Origin: Escherichia coli
GTDB lineage: Bacteria; Pseudomonadota; Gammaproteobacteria; Enterobacterales; Enterobacteriaceae
Reading direction: 5' to 3' (one strand)
DNA: 64,000 nt
Assembly: GCF_003018115.1 (NCBI RefSeq)
Contig: NZ_CP027457.1
Part shown: one piece after another, positions 36,040 to 45,536 of the stretch
How positions within the stretch are numbered: position 1 is the stretch's first letter
How the letters are laid out: the number at the start of each line of letters is the position of its first letter
Position numbers and translations under genes: made by a program
Notes under the pieces: model-generated
Told to the model about the DNA's origin: nothing
The model's input: the letters and a program-made list of their open reading frames with translations, nothing else
Database searches by the model: none

Positions 36040-36512
36040 ACCTCAATCTCTCTGACCGTTCCACCTGCTTCTTTGAATTTTGCAATCAGGCTGTCTGCCT
36101 TATGCTCGAACTGACCATAACCAGCCCCCGGCAGTGAAGCCCAGATATTGCTGCAACGGTAGATAGCCTGACGAATATCGCCGCGATCAATCATCGGTAA
36201 AGCGCCACGCTCTTTAATCTGCTGCAGCGCAACAGCATCCTGGCTTTTCGGAGAGAAGTCTTTCAGGCCAAGCTGCTTACGGTAGGCATCCCACCAACGG
36301 GAAAGAAGCTGGTAACGTCCAGCGGCTGTTGATTTGAGTTTGGGGTTTAGCGTGACAAGTTTGCGAGGGTGATCGGAGTAATCAGTGAATAGCTCTCCGC
36401 CAACAATGACGTCATAACCATGATTTCTGGTTTTCTGACGTCCGTTATCAGTTCCCTCTGACCACGCCAGCATATCGAGGAACGCCTTACGTTGATTATT
36501 GATTTCCACCAT
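36036..36512 (-). CDS. R: Endolysin R (lytic transglycosylase, lambda-type)
   Basis: 158-aa translation [49 protein letters not shown]... matches lambda R. Confidence 0.95.
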   Translation of the reverse strand: MVEINNQRKAFLDMLAWSEGTDNGRQKTRNHGYDVIVGGELFTDYSDHPRKLVTLNPKLKSTAAGRYQLLSRWWDAYRKQLGLKDFSPKSQDAVALQQIKERGALPMIDRGDIRQAIYRCSNIWASLPGAGYGQFEHKADSLIAKFKEAGGTVREIEV

Positions 36513-36819
36513 CTTCTACTCCGGCTTTTTTAGCAGCGAAGCGTTTGATAAGCGAACCAATCGAGTCAGTACCGATGTAGCCGATGAACACGCTCGTTAT
36601 ATAAGCGAGATTGCTACTTAGTCCGGCGAAGTCGAGAAGGTCACGAATGAACCAGGCGATAATGGCGCACATCGTTGCGTCGATTACTGTTTTTGTAAAC
36701 GCACCGCCATTATATCTGCCGCGAAGGTACGCCATTGCAAACGCAAGGATTGCCCCGATGCCTTGTTCCTTTGCCGCTAGAATGGCGGCTAACAGGTCAT
36801 GTTTTTCTGGCATCTTCAT
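36496..36819 (-). CDS. S: Holin/antiholin S (lambda-type, dual start)
   Basis: 107-aa translation [41 protein letters not shown]... matches lambda S. Confidence 0.95.
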   Translation of the reverse strand: MKMPEKHDLLAAILAAKEQGIGAILAFAMAYLRGRYNGGAFTKTVIDATMCAIIAWFIRDLLDFAGLSSNLAYITSVFIGYIGTDSIGSLIKRFAAKKAGVEDGGNQ

Positions 36820-37215
36820 GTCTTACCCCCAATAAGGGGATTTGCTCTATTTAATTAGGAATAAGGTCGATTACTGATAGAACAAATCCTGGCTACTGTG
36901 TTTAGTAATCAGATTTGTTCGTGACCGATATGCACGGGCAAAACGGCAGGAGGTTGTTAGCGCAGCCTCTTGCCACCCGCTTTCACGAAGGTCATGTGTA
37001 GAAGGCCGCAGCGTAACTATCACTAATGAATTCAGGACAGCCAGTGGCTACGGCTCAGTTTGGGTTGTGCTGTTGCTGGGCGGCGATGACGCCTGTACGC
37101 ATTTGGTGATCCGGTTCTGCTTCCGGTATTCGCTTAATTCAGCACAACGGAAAGAGCACTGACTAACCAGGCTCGCCGACTCTTCACGATTATCGACTCA
37201 ATGCTCTTACCTGCT

Positions 37216-37418
37216 GTGCAGATATAAAAAATCCCGAAACCGTTATGCAGGCTCTAACTATTACCTGCGAACTGTTTCGGGATTGCATTTTGCAGACCTC
37301 TCAGCCTGCGATGGTTGGAGTTCCAGACGATACGTCGAAGTGACCAACTAGGCGGAATCGGTAGTAAGCGTCGCCTCTTTTTATCTCACTACCACAACGA
37401 GCGAATTAACCCATCGTT
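37216..37418 (-). ncRNA. Lambda-type 6S RNA (pR' leader transcript ending at tR')
   Basis: Region collinear with the lambda pR'-tR' leader; tR' hairpin and T-tract at about 37216-37245; boundaries approximate. Confidence 0.6.
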
Positions 37419-37424
37419 GGGTCA

Positions 37425-37453
37425 AATTTACCCAACTTTATTCAATAAGTCAA
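37425..37453 (-). promoter_or_regulatory. Late promoter pR' with overlapping qut site
   Basis: Minus-strand -35 TTGACT (37448-37453), 17-bp spacer, -10 TAAATT (37425-37430); matches lambda pR'. Confidence 0.8.
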
Positions 37454-37495
37454 TATTATGCCGTTAATATGTTGCCATCCGTGGCAATCATGCTG

Positions 37496-38119
37496 CTAAC
37501 GTGTGACCGCGTTAAAAATGTTGTCTGCGATTGACTCTTCCTTGTGGCATTGCACCACCAGAGCGTCATACAGCGGCTTAACAGTGCGTGACCAGGTGGG
37601 TTGGGTAAGGTTTGGGATTAGCATCGTCACAGCGCGATATGCGGCGCTTGCTGGCATCCTTGAATAACCGACGCCTTTGCATCTTCCGCACTCTTTCTCG
37701 ACAACTCTCCCCCACTGCTCTGTTTTTGCTATATCAACCGCACGGCCTGTACCGTGGCAATCTCTGCATCTTGCGCCCGGCGTCGCGGCACTACGGCAAT
37801 AATCCGCATAAGCGAATGTTGCGAGCACTTGCAGCACCTTTGCCTTAGTATTTCCTTCAAGCTTTGCCACACCACGGTATTTCCCCGATACCTTGTGTGC
37901 AAATTGCATCAGATAGTTGATAGCCTTTTGTTTGTCGTTCTGGCTGAGTTCGTGCTTACCACAGAATGCAGCCATGCCGAATCCGGCTTGTGATTGCGCC
38001 ATCCCCATAGCAGCCATCACATCAGTACCGGAAAGAGAGTCAGAAGCCGTGGCCCGTGGTGAGTCGCTCATCATCGGGCTTTTTGGCGAATGAAATTTAG
38101 CTACGCTTTCGAGTCTCAT
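37496..38119 (-). CDS. Q: Late gene antiterminator Q (lambda-type)
   Basis: 207-aa translation MRLESVAKFHSPKSPMMSDSPRATASDSLSGTDVMAAMGMAQSQAGF... matches lambda Q. Confidence 0.95.
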   Translation of the reverse strand: MRLESVAKFHSPKSPMMSDSPRATASDSLSGTDVMAAMGMAQSQAGFGMAAFCGKHELSQNDKQKAINYLMQFAHKVSGKYRGVAKLEGNTKAKVLQVLATFAYADYCRSAATPGARCRDCHGTGRAVDIAKTEQWGRVVEKECGRCKGVGYSRMPASAAYRAVTMLIPNLTQPTWSRTVKPLYDALVVQCHKEESIADNIFNAVTR

Positions 38120-38304
38120 GGTCTTCCCCTCTTGCCCTGTTTGACCATCAGGACGCCGTTAACTATTACGTGACGCTCGCCTTTGCTGTCTCGGTTGTAC
38201 TTGAGCACTGTTCCTCTTGCGCAGGAAAGCATCCTCGCCACTTCGGTCTGATTGCCTCGTGTCTGGATAAGAAGCTCTGGTATCGTTTGAATTGTGGCGT
38301 TCAT
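38116..38304 (-). CDS. ninH: NinH-like protein
   Basis: 62-aa translation with ...YGNQTEVARMLSCARGTV... resembling lambda NinH. Confidence 0.7.
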   Translation of the reverse strand: MNATIQTIPELLIQTRGNQTEVARMLSCARGTVLKYNRDSKGERHVIVNGVLMVKQGKRGRP

Positions 38305-38663
38305 ACGTTCTCCAGTTCGGTGATTTTTATTCCAAGCCTTCCGCCTGGTACTTTCACACCACGAATTACGCGAATGTCATCGAATTGCTCGTCGTCTTCC
38401 GCAAATCCGGCGTGGATAAGGGAGTCGAGTAAACCCTTCAGGATGTTATCGAGGTCGCGGCGGCGGGAGTCTGGAACGTCTGCGATGACTTTGATGCGGA
38501 GTCGTGATTTGGTGAAAATATCTAACTTGAGTTGGCGGATGATTTGCTGAACGTCTTTTCGGTATTTCTGGCCTTTATCGCTGATGTAGTATTGGCTTCC
38601 CCGTCTTCGCCAGTAGGTATTCACCGACGGCGGGTATGGAAGCACAAACCGATATTCATTCAT
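38301..38663 (-). CDS. rusA: Holliday junction resolvase RusA-like
   Basis: 120 aa; motifs LPYPPSVN...DVPDSRRRDLDN... typical of RusA. Confidence 0.8.
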   Translation of the reverse strand: MNEYRFVLPYPPSVNTYWRRRGSQYYISDKGQKYRKDVQQIIRQLKLDIFTKSRLRIKVIADVPDSRRRDLDNILKGLLDSLIHAGFAEDDEQFDDIRVIRGVKVPGGRLGIKITELENV

Positions 38664-38950
38664 GACTTAACCTTCCCCTCCTTCAGCAATACCGCCTGCG
38701 TCCTGATCACGCCTTCGAGGTGGTAAAGTCTGGCGTCTTTGTTGTCGAGGTTATGGGTGCGTCGGTCGATTTCATCGTGACACGCGCTACAAGCCCATGC
38801 GCCGATCAGGTCGTCAGGCTTCATTCCCGTTCCGCAAATTCCAGCCATCCGGTAATGTGCCAGAACTGTAGTTTCAGGATTGCCATTGCATACGCCGTAA
38901 ATACGTACCTGGCATTCTCTGCCGCGTGCTTCTTTGCGTAGGTTAGCCAT
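38660..38950 (-). CDS. Cysteine-rich nin-region protein (DUF1364-like)
   Basis: 96 aa with paired Cys/His motifs; nin-region context. Confidence 0.5.
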   Translation of the reverse strand: MANLRKEARGRECQVRIYGVCNGNPETTVLAHYRMAGICGTGMKPDDLIGAWACSACHDEIDRRTHNLDNKDARLYHLEGVIRTQAVLLKEGKVKS

Positions 38951-39219
38951 TATGGTTCACTCCAGTAATTCTCAATTGCAGCAGCCATTCTCTGCATCCA
39001 CTCAGCCAGCTTTAACGCGGCTTCTCTTTCAGAACCACATTTAGGGAAATCCTTCATTTCCATGCTGGCCTTATATGTTCTGAATGCCAGGTCTCCGGTA
39101 ATAACCAGCTCCTGATCAAGCACCGAGCGTTTATTCCGGTGTTGAACGTAATAGACAGATTCAGTCCGCATTTCTTCTCTGTCTTTTTTGAAGGAAATAA
39201 GCTCAGAGAAATCACTCAT
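38950..39219 (-). CDS. Hypothetical nin-region protein
   Basis: 89-aa ORF, translationally coupled to neighbours. Confidence 0.4.
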   Translation of the reverse strand: MSDFSELISFKKDREEMRTESVYYVQHRNKRSVLDQELVITGDLAFRTYKASMEMKDFPKCGSEREAALKLAEWMQRMAAAIENYWSEP

Positions 39220-39387
39220 CGTCTTCTTCCTCGTACATTGAGCTATTCGGATCGCTCATCAGTTCTGCGCAGCAGTGCTCACATACGTGAACTTCCAGCA
39301 CATGCAGCTTCTGACCGCAGTTAGCGCACGTTAAAGCCCGCTCGACGCTTTCTTTCTGGTATTGAAGGGATTGGGATGGGCTAAGCA

Positions 39388-39753
39388 TTATTGGATTCTC
39401 TGCATCATGAGAAAGACAATCATGGCGGCGCGGAGGGGATTTTCATGTATAACTCGCTTAGATTTACAGTAGGCCACACCGCGTGCACCCCACTCGTCTT
39501 CATCGAGATTGATAATGCTAATCCTGTATTTTTCAATAATCGGCCATGCGTCTGCTGGGTTTGCGCATGGGTTAAAGGATCCGCGCTCAACTTCTACTTC
39601 AACTGCGTCTCCGTTTACAATGTCTCCCTCAAATGAGACAAACACCATATCGCCATTCTCACCTTCTTTGTAATCCGGTGATCCGTTATGAATGGCTTCG
39701 AATACCGCCACGTTAATTTCAAAATCACTTAACTGTGAATAATCCATTGTCAT
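39388..39753 (-). CDS. Hypothetical acidic nin-region protein
   Basis: About 121-aa ORF; start approximate. Confidence 0.4.
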   Translation of the reverse strand: MTMDYSQLSDFEINVAVFEAIHNGSPDYKEGENGDMVFVSFEGDIVNGDAVEVEVERGSFNPCANPADAWPIIEKYRISIINLDEDEWGARGVAYCKSKRVIHENPLRAAMIVFLMMQRIQ

Positions 39754-39926
39754 TTCCTCGCACGATGTCTTAGCCACCGGATATCCCACAGGTGAGCCGT
39801 GTAGTTGAAGGTTTTTACGTCAGATTCTTTTGGGATTGGCTTGCGTTTATTTCTGGAGCGTTTCGTTGGAAGGTATTTGCAGTTTTCGCAGATGATGTCG
39901 GTGATACTTCGTCGCTGTCGTCTCAT
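39750..39926 (-). CDS. ninE: NinE-like protein
   Basis: Translation [58 protein letters not shown] matches lambda NinE. Confidence 0.8.
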   Translation of the reverse strand: MRRQRRSITDIICENCKYLPTKRSRNKRKPIPKESDVKTFNYTAHLWDIRWLRHRARK

Positions 39927-40333
39927 TCGTACCTCCTGTCGGTAAATCTGACACCCTGACCAATAGCCCACGCTGTTGTGTACTCAATCAGACTTGCCAT
40001 ACGCTTTACACTCATCTGCGCGCTGCTTTCGCGGATGTTGACGTATTCGCCTTCAAGCCCGGGCAAAACATCAGCTTCCTGCTTTGTTGCCACTGCATGA
40101 CCGCTGATCAACAAAACCTTCCATTGTTCTGGTTTTAACCATTTATCGCGCCACTGAACTTGCCTGGCGATATCTGCGACCATCGCGTGAAATTTTGCGT
40201 TCTGGTCAAGATTTCGCTTGTAGTCAGTAATGCGGATGGTGACTGGCTTGTCTTTATCGAGTGGTGTTGCGAGGATGGCATTTATTGCGGCTTGCTGTTG
40301 TTGCTTAGTTCGGAGGAAGATTGTTTGCTTCAC
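39923..40333 (-). CDS. ninB: NinB (Orf) recombination mediator-like protein
   Basis: 136 aa; ...[27 protein letters not shown]... resembles lambda NinB. Confidence 0.75.
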   Translation of the reverse strand: MKQTIFLRTKQQQQAAINAILATPLDKDKPVTIRITDYKRNLDQNAKFHAMVADIARQVQWRDKWLKPEQWKVLLISGHAVATKQEADVLPGLEGEYVNIRESSAQMSVKRMASLIEYTTAWAIGQGVRFTDRRYE

Positions 40334-40344
40334 TGAATACTCCT

Positions 40345-40536
40345 TTATTTTTTATGCCTGTAACCCCATTCTTCCAGCAACCTTGCGGCGTACCACCCAA
40401 GAAACAAAGGAAAGAACATTACAATGAGATATTCCCCGCCACGGTCAATGTTCGAAATTGACCAGATTACGATGTAACCAGTGCAGGACAGGAATATTAC
40501 AAACCCCAAAAAGCTACTTCGTCGACTCATGCTCAC
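40345..40536 (-). CDS. Hypothetical small membrane protein
   Basis: 63-aa ORF with two hydrophobic helices. Confidence 0.35.
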   Translation of the reverse strand: MSMSRRSSFLGFVIFLSCTGYIVIWSISNIDRGGEYLIVMFFPLFLGWYAARLLEEWGYRHKK

Positions 40537-40853
40537 TCCTTCACTTTGATTCCAGCAGCGCGGATGTTTTCCTCATAAGCATCCATTGCATCACCGAAGC
40601 CATTGGAATAATCAACAGTAAACCCTTTGGCTAAGGCTTCTCTGCTGTCGATAAACTTTGGCGCGGTTATTTCAATAGCTGCTCGCGATGCCTGCCACGT
40701 TTGCCAGTGGCCTTGAACATCGTCCATCACGTATTGACCACCAATATTACCGCTGCCAATTTCATGGTGATTTTCAGGGTAACGGATAAGGTCTGAAGAT
40801 TCGCCCCCACGTCGTAACCAACTCTCTTCAAACTGCTTTCTTGATTCGTCCAT
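40533..40853 (-). CDS. Hypothetical protein
   Basis: 106-aa ORF in the operon between helicase and nin genes. Confidence 0.4.
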   Translation of the reverse strand: MDESRKQFEESWLRRGGESSDLIRYPENHHEIGSGNIGGQYVMDDVQGHWQTWQASRAAIEITAPKFIDSREALAKGFTVDYSNGFGDAMDAYEENIRAAGIKVKE

Positions 40854-40870
40854 CGATACTTATCCTCAGT

Positions 40871-41077
40871 TCAACTCACAAAACGCCACGCCATTTTTGC
40901 AACAGCGACAGGCGCAACACCGATAATCACCCACATGAGAGTGCTACCGAAAAGCACACCCACCATGTCTTTACCTTCACCTACCAACCGGATAAAACTG
41001 CTGGCAATCACAATGAACGTCACCACCATCCACGACGCACCGAGAAGCCTCAATGCAGAGAAAATTAACTCAGCCAC
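40871..41077 (-). CDS. Hypothetical small membrane protein
   Basis: 68-aa ORF with two hydrophobic helices. Confidence 0.35.
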   Translation of the reverse strand: MAELIFSALRLLGASWMVVTFIVIASSFIRLVGEGKDMVGVLFGSTLMWVIIGVAPVAVAKMAWRFVS

Positions 41078-41149
41078 GATTTACTCTCCCCCAAATAAAA
41101 AGGCCTGCGATTACCAGCAGGCCTGTTACAAGCTCAGTGATGTAGATGG

Positions 41150-42526
41150 TCATACGTCAGCCCCTTGTGCATATCGTCTGCCACGCGCAGCAGGTGCATT
41201 TGATGCTGTGCAAATCTGTCTGGCTTCATCCTGGTCACATGCAACAAAGTGTCCGTTACAGAACCGCTGGTAAACCGTACCAAGCGAGCCAAAACGGTTT
41301 TTCGTCACAATGATTTCAGCAAATGGTGCGGCGCTACTGTTCTCGTCATATACCGCTTCCCGATAGAGCATGATGATTGAGTCTGCGTCCTGCTCAATGC
41401 TTCCTGAATCACGCAAATCTGCGTTTGTCGGGCGTTTGTTTGGTCGCTTCTCAACATCGCGCGAAAGCTGACTCAGGGAGATAACAGGCGTTTTCAGGTC
41501 TTTCGCCATCGCCTTCAGGCTTCCGGAGATGTGAGCAATTGCAAGGTCGTTGCGGTCTGCTTTCGGCTTCTCAATCAGGCCAAGATAATCCGCCATGATG
41601 AGTGACAGGTTTGGATTTTCCTGTTTGTGCCGTTCTGCGATTGAGCGTATTTCTTCGACCGATAAACGCGAGGCATCGACTACCCATACATCCAAATCTG
41701 CGAGCTGACTCATGCCGTTAGCAACACGCGCCCAGCCTTCGTCATCCATCGATGCAGGATTTCGCAGTACGCTAACCGACATCCTCCCGGCGTTGGCAAT
41801 GCTTCGCTCTGCAATCTGCAATGCGCTCATTTCCATTGAGAAAATCAATACCCCGCGCCGGACGTCAGAACCAGGAATAACGCGGCTTGCAACGCCTTCG
41901 GCAATCTTCAGCGCCAGTTCGGTTTTCCCCATACCAGGACGAGCGGCGATAATCACCAGGTCTTCCGCGTTCATCCCTCCGGTGATAGCGTCAAGTTCTT
42001 CGATTCCGGTCTTCAGGGTATCTGACTCTTCTCCGTTCCTCAGACGCCTGTCAAGCGTGTCAGTGTAGTCGGTGATGATTTCCCCTAACCGTACCGGTTT
42101 AACCTCGTCACGGGGCTTTCTGATGGCTGAAAGACGCTTTACAAGCTCATCCATCGCCTGACTAGATGCGTCGATGGTTCCGCTCTGAATTGGTTCACGC
42201 ATTTCGTCCATGATTTCCAGCACCAGACGGCGGTGATAGTTATCCGCGACCATTCCGGCATATCCCTTCAGGTTTGCGGCACTCGGGCAGTTTTTGCTGG
42301 TCATCAGGATTGACGTGAAATGCTCCTCTCCGCACGCCTCGGCAACCATCAGCGCGTCGATTAGGTTTCTGTTTCGCGCCTGCTTGCGGATAACCTCGAA
42401 GGCTTTCCGGTAGAGCGGAATTGAAAACGCTTCCGGCTCAAGCGTTGCCAGAACGTCACTGGCGGTTGGAGTTAATCCACCAATCAGCAGGCCACCGATA
42501 ACGCTCGCTTCGATATCCTGTCTCAT
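41150..42526 (-). CDS. Replicative DNA helicase, DnaB-type (P22 gene 12-like)
   Basis: 458 aa with Walker A GMGKTE and DnaB C-terminal motifs. Confidence 0.9.
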   Translation of the reverse strand: MRQDIEASVIGGLLIGGLTPTASDVLATLEPEAFSIPLYRKAFEVIRKQARNRNLIDALMVAEACGEEHFTSILMTSKNCPSAANLKGYAGMVADNYHRRLVLEIMDEMREPIQSGTIDASSQAMDELVKRLSAIRKPRDEVKPVRLGEIITDYTDTLDRRLRNGEESDTLKTGIEELDAITGGMNAEDLVIIAARPGMGKTELALKIAEGVASRVIPGSDVRRGVLIFSMEMSALQIAERSIANAGRMSVSVLRNPASMDDEGWARVANGMSQLADLDVWVVDASRLSVEEIRSIAERHKQENPNLSLIMADYLGLIEKPKADRNDLAIAHISGSLKAMAKDLKTPVISLSQLSRDVEKRPNKRPTNADLRDSGSIEQDADSIIMLYREAVYDENSSAAPFAEIIVTKNRFGSLGTVYQRFCNGHFVACDQDEARQICTASNAPAARGRRYAQGADV

Positions 42527-43344
42527 GCAATCCCCCTGTCTGCAAACTTCCCTTCCCGAACTCCCGTTAACGAGTCTTCCCTCAGCAGGTAATCAAAATC
42601 AGCCGTCCAGCCCGTGTCGTTGTCTCCGAAGTAAAACGGCTTGGCCTGATGCACAAACGCCCTGACATACGCTCTGAAACCGTCCACATTTGGCGTTTTC
42701 AGTTGCGGGATGATTTTCTTCAGGCGGCGTTTGCGTTTCTCGTTGACCGCAACAGCGTGTGGCAGTCTGTCACCGACTTCGGTGTTGTAGGCGTTCAGGA
42801 AGGATTCGTAGTCGATTCGTTCTGCCTTGCGACGTTCAGGTTTAACCTGCCCATCGCCACCCCCGTTAGGGGGTAAGGGGGTATTTGTATTTATTGTCTT
42901 TTGTATATTGTCTTTTGTGTTTAGCTGACTTGGCTTATACCCATTAGCCGACTTGGCTAATGTTTTATTAGCTGTTTTAGCTAATGTTAAGCTGTCATGG
43001 CTAATCCACTGAGAAACCACCTTGTTCACTCCGATTTTCACGCCATCAGCAATGAGGAATTTACGCTCGATAAGCTGGCGCTTGGCAGCGCAAACATGAG
43101 TGTGATGAATACCTGTCATGGCTGCTATCTGCGTGTTTGTGAGTCGATCCATCGGCTTATTGAATCCGTATGTCTTGCGCATGATAGCGAGCATCACCTT
43201 CATCTGCCGGACGGTTAAATCAGCCATCAGCAGACTGTCGGTAATCTCGTTAGCAACGCGCATGAAACCATCTTCGGTATCTGCCACGCGATGCTCCACG
43301 ACCTCCAGTTGAGGCCTGTAATCAGCTAACTTAACGACGCCCAT
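42523..43344 (-). CDS. Replication initiation protein with lambda O-like N-terminal domain (P22 gene 18-like)
   Basis: ...[36 protein letters not shown]... resembles the lambda O N-terminus; iterons inside the gene. Confidence 0.85.
   Translation of the reverse strand: MGVVKLADYRPQLEVVEHRVADTEDGFMRVANEITDSLLMADLTVRQMKVMLAIMRKTYGFNKPMDRLTNTQIAAMTGIHHTHVCAAKRQLIERKFLIADGVKIGVNKVVSQWISHDSLTLAKTANKTLAKSANGYKPSQLNTKDNIQKTINTNTPLPPNGGGDGQVKPERRKAERIDYESFLNAYNTEVGDRLPHAVAVNEKRKRRLKKIIPQLKTPNVDGFRAYVRAFVHQAKPFYFGDNDTGWTADFDYLLREDSLTGVREGKFADRGIA
42875..43000. repeat. ori: Replication origin: iterons and AT-rich tract inside the O-like gene
   Basis: Direct repeats TTAGCTGACTTGGCTTA / TTAGCCGACTTGGCTAA / TTAGCTGTTTTAGCTAA / TTAAGCTGTCATGGCTAA adjacent to an AT-rich stretch. 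Confidence 0.7.
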
Positions 43345-43526
43345 GTTTCACTCCTGCTTTGGCTAGTCTGTAAACACCAACAAGGCGCTCTGCGAACGCC
43401 CTGTTATTTGCTGCGGCTACCACTAATCCCTCAGGTGAATCAGGGTGTCGAATCTCTTCTTTTTCCTGGTATTTCTTACGACGTTTTGTCATAATTACTC
43501 CTGTGGATTGATCCAGTCTTTCTACA

Positions 43527-43802
43527 TCAGGCCTCGAAGAATTCGCCGTTCTTCGGGGCTTTTTCTTTTGTCAGCATTCTGGCTACTTTCTTAGCCAGTT
43601 CCGCCAACTCCTCGTCTTCAACACCCCATTCAAGAACAGCCAGAAGCATTCCCATTTTTGGGATGAAGCTGTCTTTCCATCGCGAAATTTGCGATTCATT
43701 AATTCCTAACGCGTCGGCAACCTTTCGCTGGCCACGTACAGCAATTCGATTCAGGATGTTGCTTGTAATTGCATTCGCTTTCTTGCGAGTACTTGTAAGT
43801 TC
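43527..43802 (-). CDS. cII: CII-like transcriptional activator
   Basis: ...GINESQISRWKDSFIPKMGMLLAVLEWGVEDEELAELAKKVARMLT... resembles lambda CII; start approximate. Confidence 0.8.
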   Translation of the reverse strand, partial: ELTSTRKKANAITSNILNRIAVRGQRKVADALGINESQISRWKDSFIPKMGMLLAVLEWGVEDEELAELAKKVARMLTKEKAPKNGEFFEA

Positions 43803-43862
43803 CATATGTAAGTATTTCCTTAACAAATAAGAAGTTATGCGCATCAACTTATGCGCGTTGTA

Positions 43863-43908
43863 TTCCCGCATTTCGGCGGGAATGAGGACCATGACTGTTA
43901 AAGAGCGG
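43863..43908 (-). promoter_or_regulatory. nutR (boxA CGCTCTTTAACA, boxB TTCCCGCCGAAATGCGGGAA)
   Basis: boxA/boxB pair just downstream of cro on the transcribed strand; same boxB as the nutL candidate. Confidence 0.6.
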
Positions 43909-43913
43909 TGTTA

Positions 43914-44108
43914 CTATTTGTTTTTCTTGTTGCTTGGGAAAGGACGAACTTCCTCTCCAATCACACTGCCATCAGGCTTTACCGTAACCATGATGTTACG
44001 GCCTGCCAGAATGGCCTTGCTGATAGCGCACTGGATTACACCAAAGTCACTGGCTGCTTTAGCCTGTCCATGGATTTTGGCGTAATCGGCAAGTGTCATT
44101 CGAATCAT
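43914..44108 (-). CDS. cro: Cro repressor
   Basis: Translation [62 protein letters not shown] resembles lambda Cro; GGAG RBS. Confidence 0.85.
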   Translation of the reverse strand: MIRMTLADYAKIHGQAKAASDFGVIQCAISKAILAGRNIMVTVKPDGSVIGEEVRPFPSNKKNK

Positions 44109-44139
44109 ATGCACTCTCCGTTATTAACCATGAACAAAG

Positions 44140-44203
44140 AATACTACAGGTATTCAAAGCAATCAATACTCAGGGTATTTTTAGTTTAAGTACCTTAGCT
44201 ATT
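44140..44203. promoter_or_regulatory. Right operator OR1-OR3 with divergent promoters pR/pRM
   Basis: 15-bp palindromes AATACTACAGGTATT (44140-44154), AATACTCAGGGTATT (44165-44179) and weaker AGTACCTTAGCTATT (44189-44203); pR -35 TTGATT / -10 TATTCT on the minus strand. Confidence 0.65.
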
Positions 44204-44214
44204 AGAATTAAGCT

Positions 44215-44931
44215 ATGGAAAATAAAAAATCACTGACGACAGAACAGCTCGAAGACGCTAAGCGGCTTAAGGCTTTGTATGAGTCAAAAAAGAAAGAATT
44301 GGGAATAACCCAATACTCAATCGCTGATGAACTGGGTATCACCCAAGGAGCGGTAGGGCATTATCTTAATGGCAGAAACGCGCTAAACGTTGAGGTCGCA
44401 TCTGGTTTTGCACGTTTGTTGCAAGTCTCAATTGCTGATTTTAGCCAGTCAATTGCTGCCAAGGTTGCAGAACAGGCAGAAAGCCTTAAGAGCGATGCCA
44501 ACGTAAGGTATGCAGGGGAATACAGAGCAGGAAAGAGGTATCCGGTGTTAAGCAGTATCCAGGCTGGCTCGTGGTGTGAAGCATGCGAACCATACACCAT
44601 TAAAGACATAGATGTTTGGCTTGAGTCTGACGCGCATATTCAAGGTAATGCGTTCTGGCTTAAAGTGGAAGGTGATTCAATGACGGCACCGGTTGGGTTA
44701 AGCATTCCAGAGGGAACATTCGTTCTTTTCGATACCGGAAGGGAGGCGATCAACGGCAGCTTGGTCATAGCAAAACTTTCTGACTCTAACGAAGCAACAT
44801 TCAAGAAGCTGATAATCGACGGCGGAAATAAATACCTCAAGGGACTTAATCCTGCATGGCCTCTCGTGCCAATCAATGGAAACTGCAAGATTATAGGCGT
44901 TGCAATTGAGACAAAACTAAGGCTGGTTTGA
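44215..44931 (+). CDS. cI: CI repressor (HTH plus LexA-like S24 autocleavage domain)
   Basis: 238 aa; ...LTTEQLEDAKRLKALYESKKKELGITQYSIADELG... and C-terminal ...AFWLKVEGDSMTAP... resemble lambda CI. Confidence 0.9.
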   Translation: MENKKSLTTEQLEDAKRLKALYESKKKELGITQYSIADELGITQGAVGHYLNGRNALNVEVASGFARLLQVSIADFSQSIAAKVAEQAESLKSDANVRYAGEYRAGKRYPVLSSIQAGSWCEACEPYTIKDIDVWLESDAHIQGNAFWLKVEGDSMTAPVGLSIPEGTFVLFDTGREAINGSLVIAKLSDSNEATFKKLIIDGGNKYLKGLNPAWPLVPINGNCKIIGVAIETKLRLV

Positions 44932-44945
44932 TCACGCAAGGGGCG

Positions 44946-45317
44946 ATTATGGTTGGAACCGCTATAGCAAGCTTTTTTGGGATGTTGGCAATCTCGACAA
45001 TTTACGGCTTAGCGCATGCTTTTATTGCGAAATCTCTATCAGAAAAAATAAGCCAGGCTTGGGCGCATAGATCAGCTCGTTTCATGATTCTGGTGATCAT
45101 AGCAATACAAGGGATATCTGCATTTATCCTCTATGGATCAAGCTTATACCTATTGTATCAAGGCGCGACATTTACGCCTTACACCAGTGATTACGGAACT
45201 CTATACGATGGTAGTGAAGACATCACTGTGGCTTGGATCGTCTTTGGTTTATCTATGGCCGTGTCTGTTGTAGCAGACATCATTAAGGTAATTCTCGTCT
45301 TAACCTTCGCTGACTAA
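44946..45317 (+). CDS. Small multi-pass membrane protein in the cI operon (rexAB position); function unknown
   Basis: About 123-aa ORF with 3-4 predicted TM helices beginning just after the cI stop; precedes OL/pL. Confidence 0.55.
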   Translation: MMVGTAIASFFGMLAISTIYGLAHAFIAKSLSEKISQAWAHRSARFMILVIIAIQGISAFILYGSSLYLLYQGATFTPYTSDYGTLYDGSEDITVAWIVFGLSMAVSVVADIIKVILVLTFAD

Positions 45318-45403
45318 CCTATAATCCCGGCAGCAATAGCTATCGGGATCCACTTCACATATCCCGCATAAAAAGCACTGAACAAGCAGACACCGAAAAA
45401 ATA

Positions 45404-45490
45404 AATATCCTTTGTATTCATTTGCTTATCATTATTTCACCAAAAATAAATACCTTGGGTATTTACACAATAAAATACCTACAGTATTCT
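45404..45490 (+). promoter_or_regulatory. Left operator OL1-OL3 and pL promoter
   Basis: AATATCCTTTGTATT (45404-45418), AATACCTTGGGTATT (45449-45463), AATACCTACAGTATT (45474-45488); -35 TTTACA / -10 TATTCT overlapping OL1. Confidence 0.65.
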
Positions 45491-45536
45491 TTAGCCATCA
45501 GCAGGACGCTGGAAGCCAAACGGAACAGATTGGCAG

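Noticed and set aside
42875-43000. Repeat cluster that could superficially resemble a short CRISPR-like array
   Set aside because: Repeats are about 17 bp, imperfect, lie inside the initiator gene next to an AT-rich tract and have no cas genes; interpreted as ori iterons.
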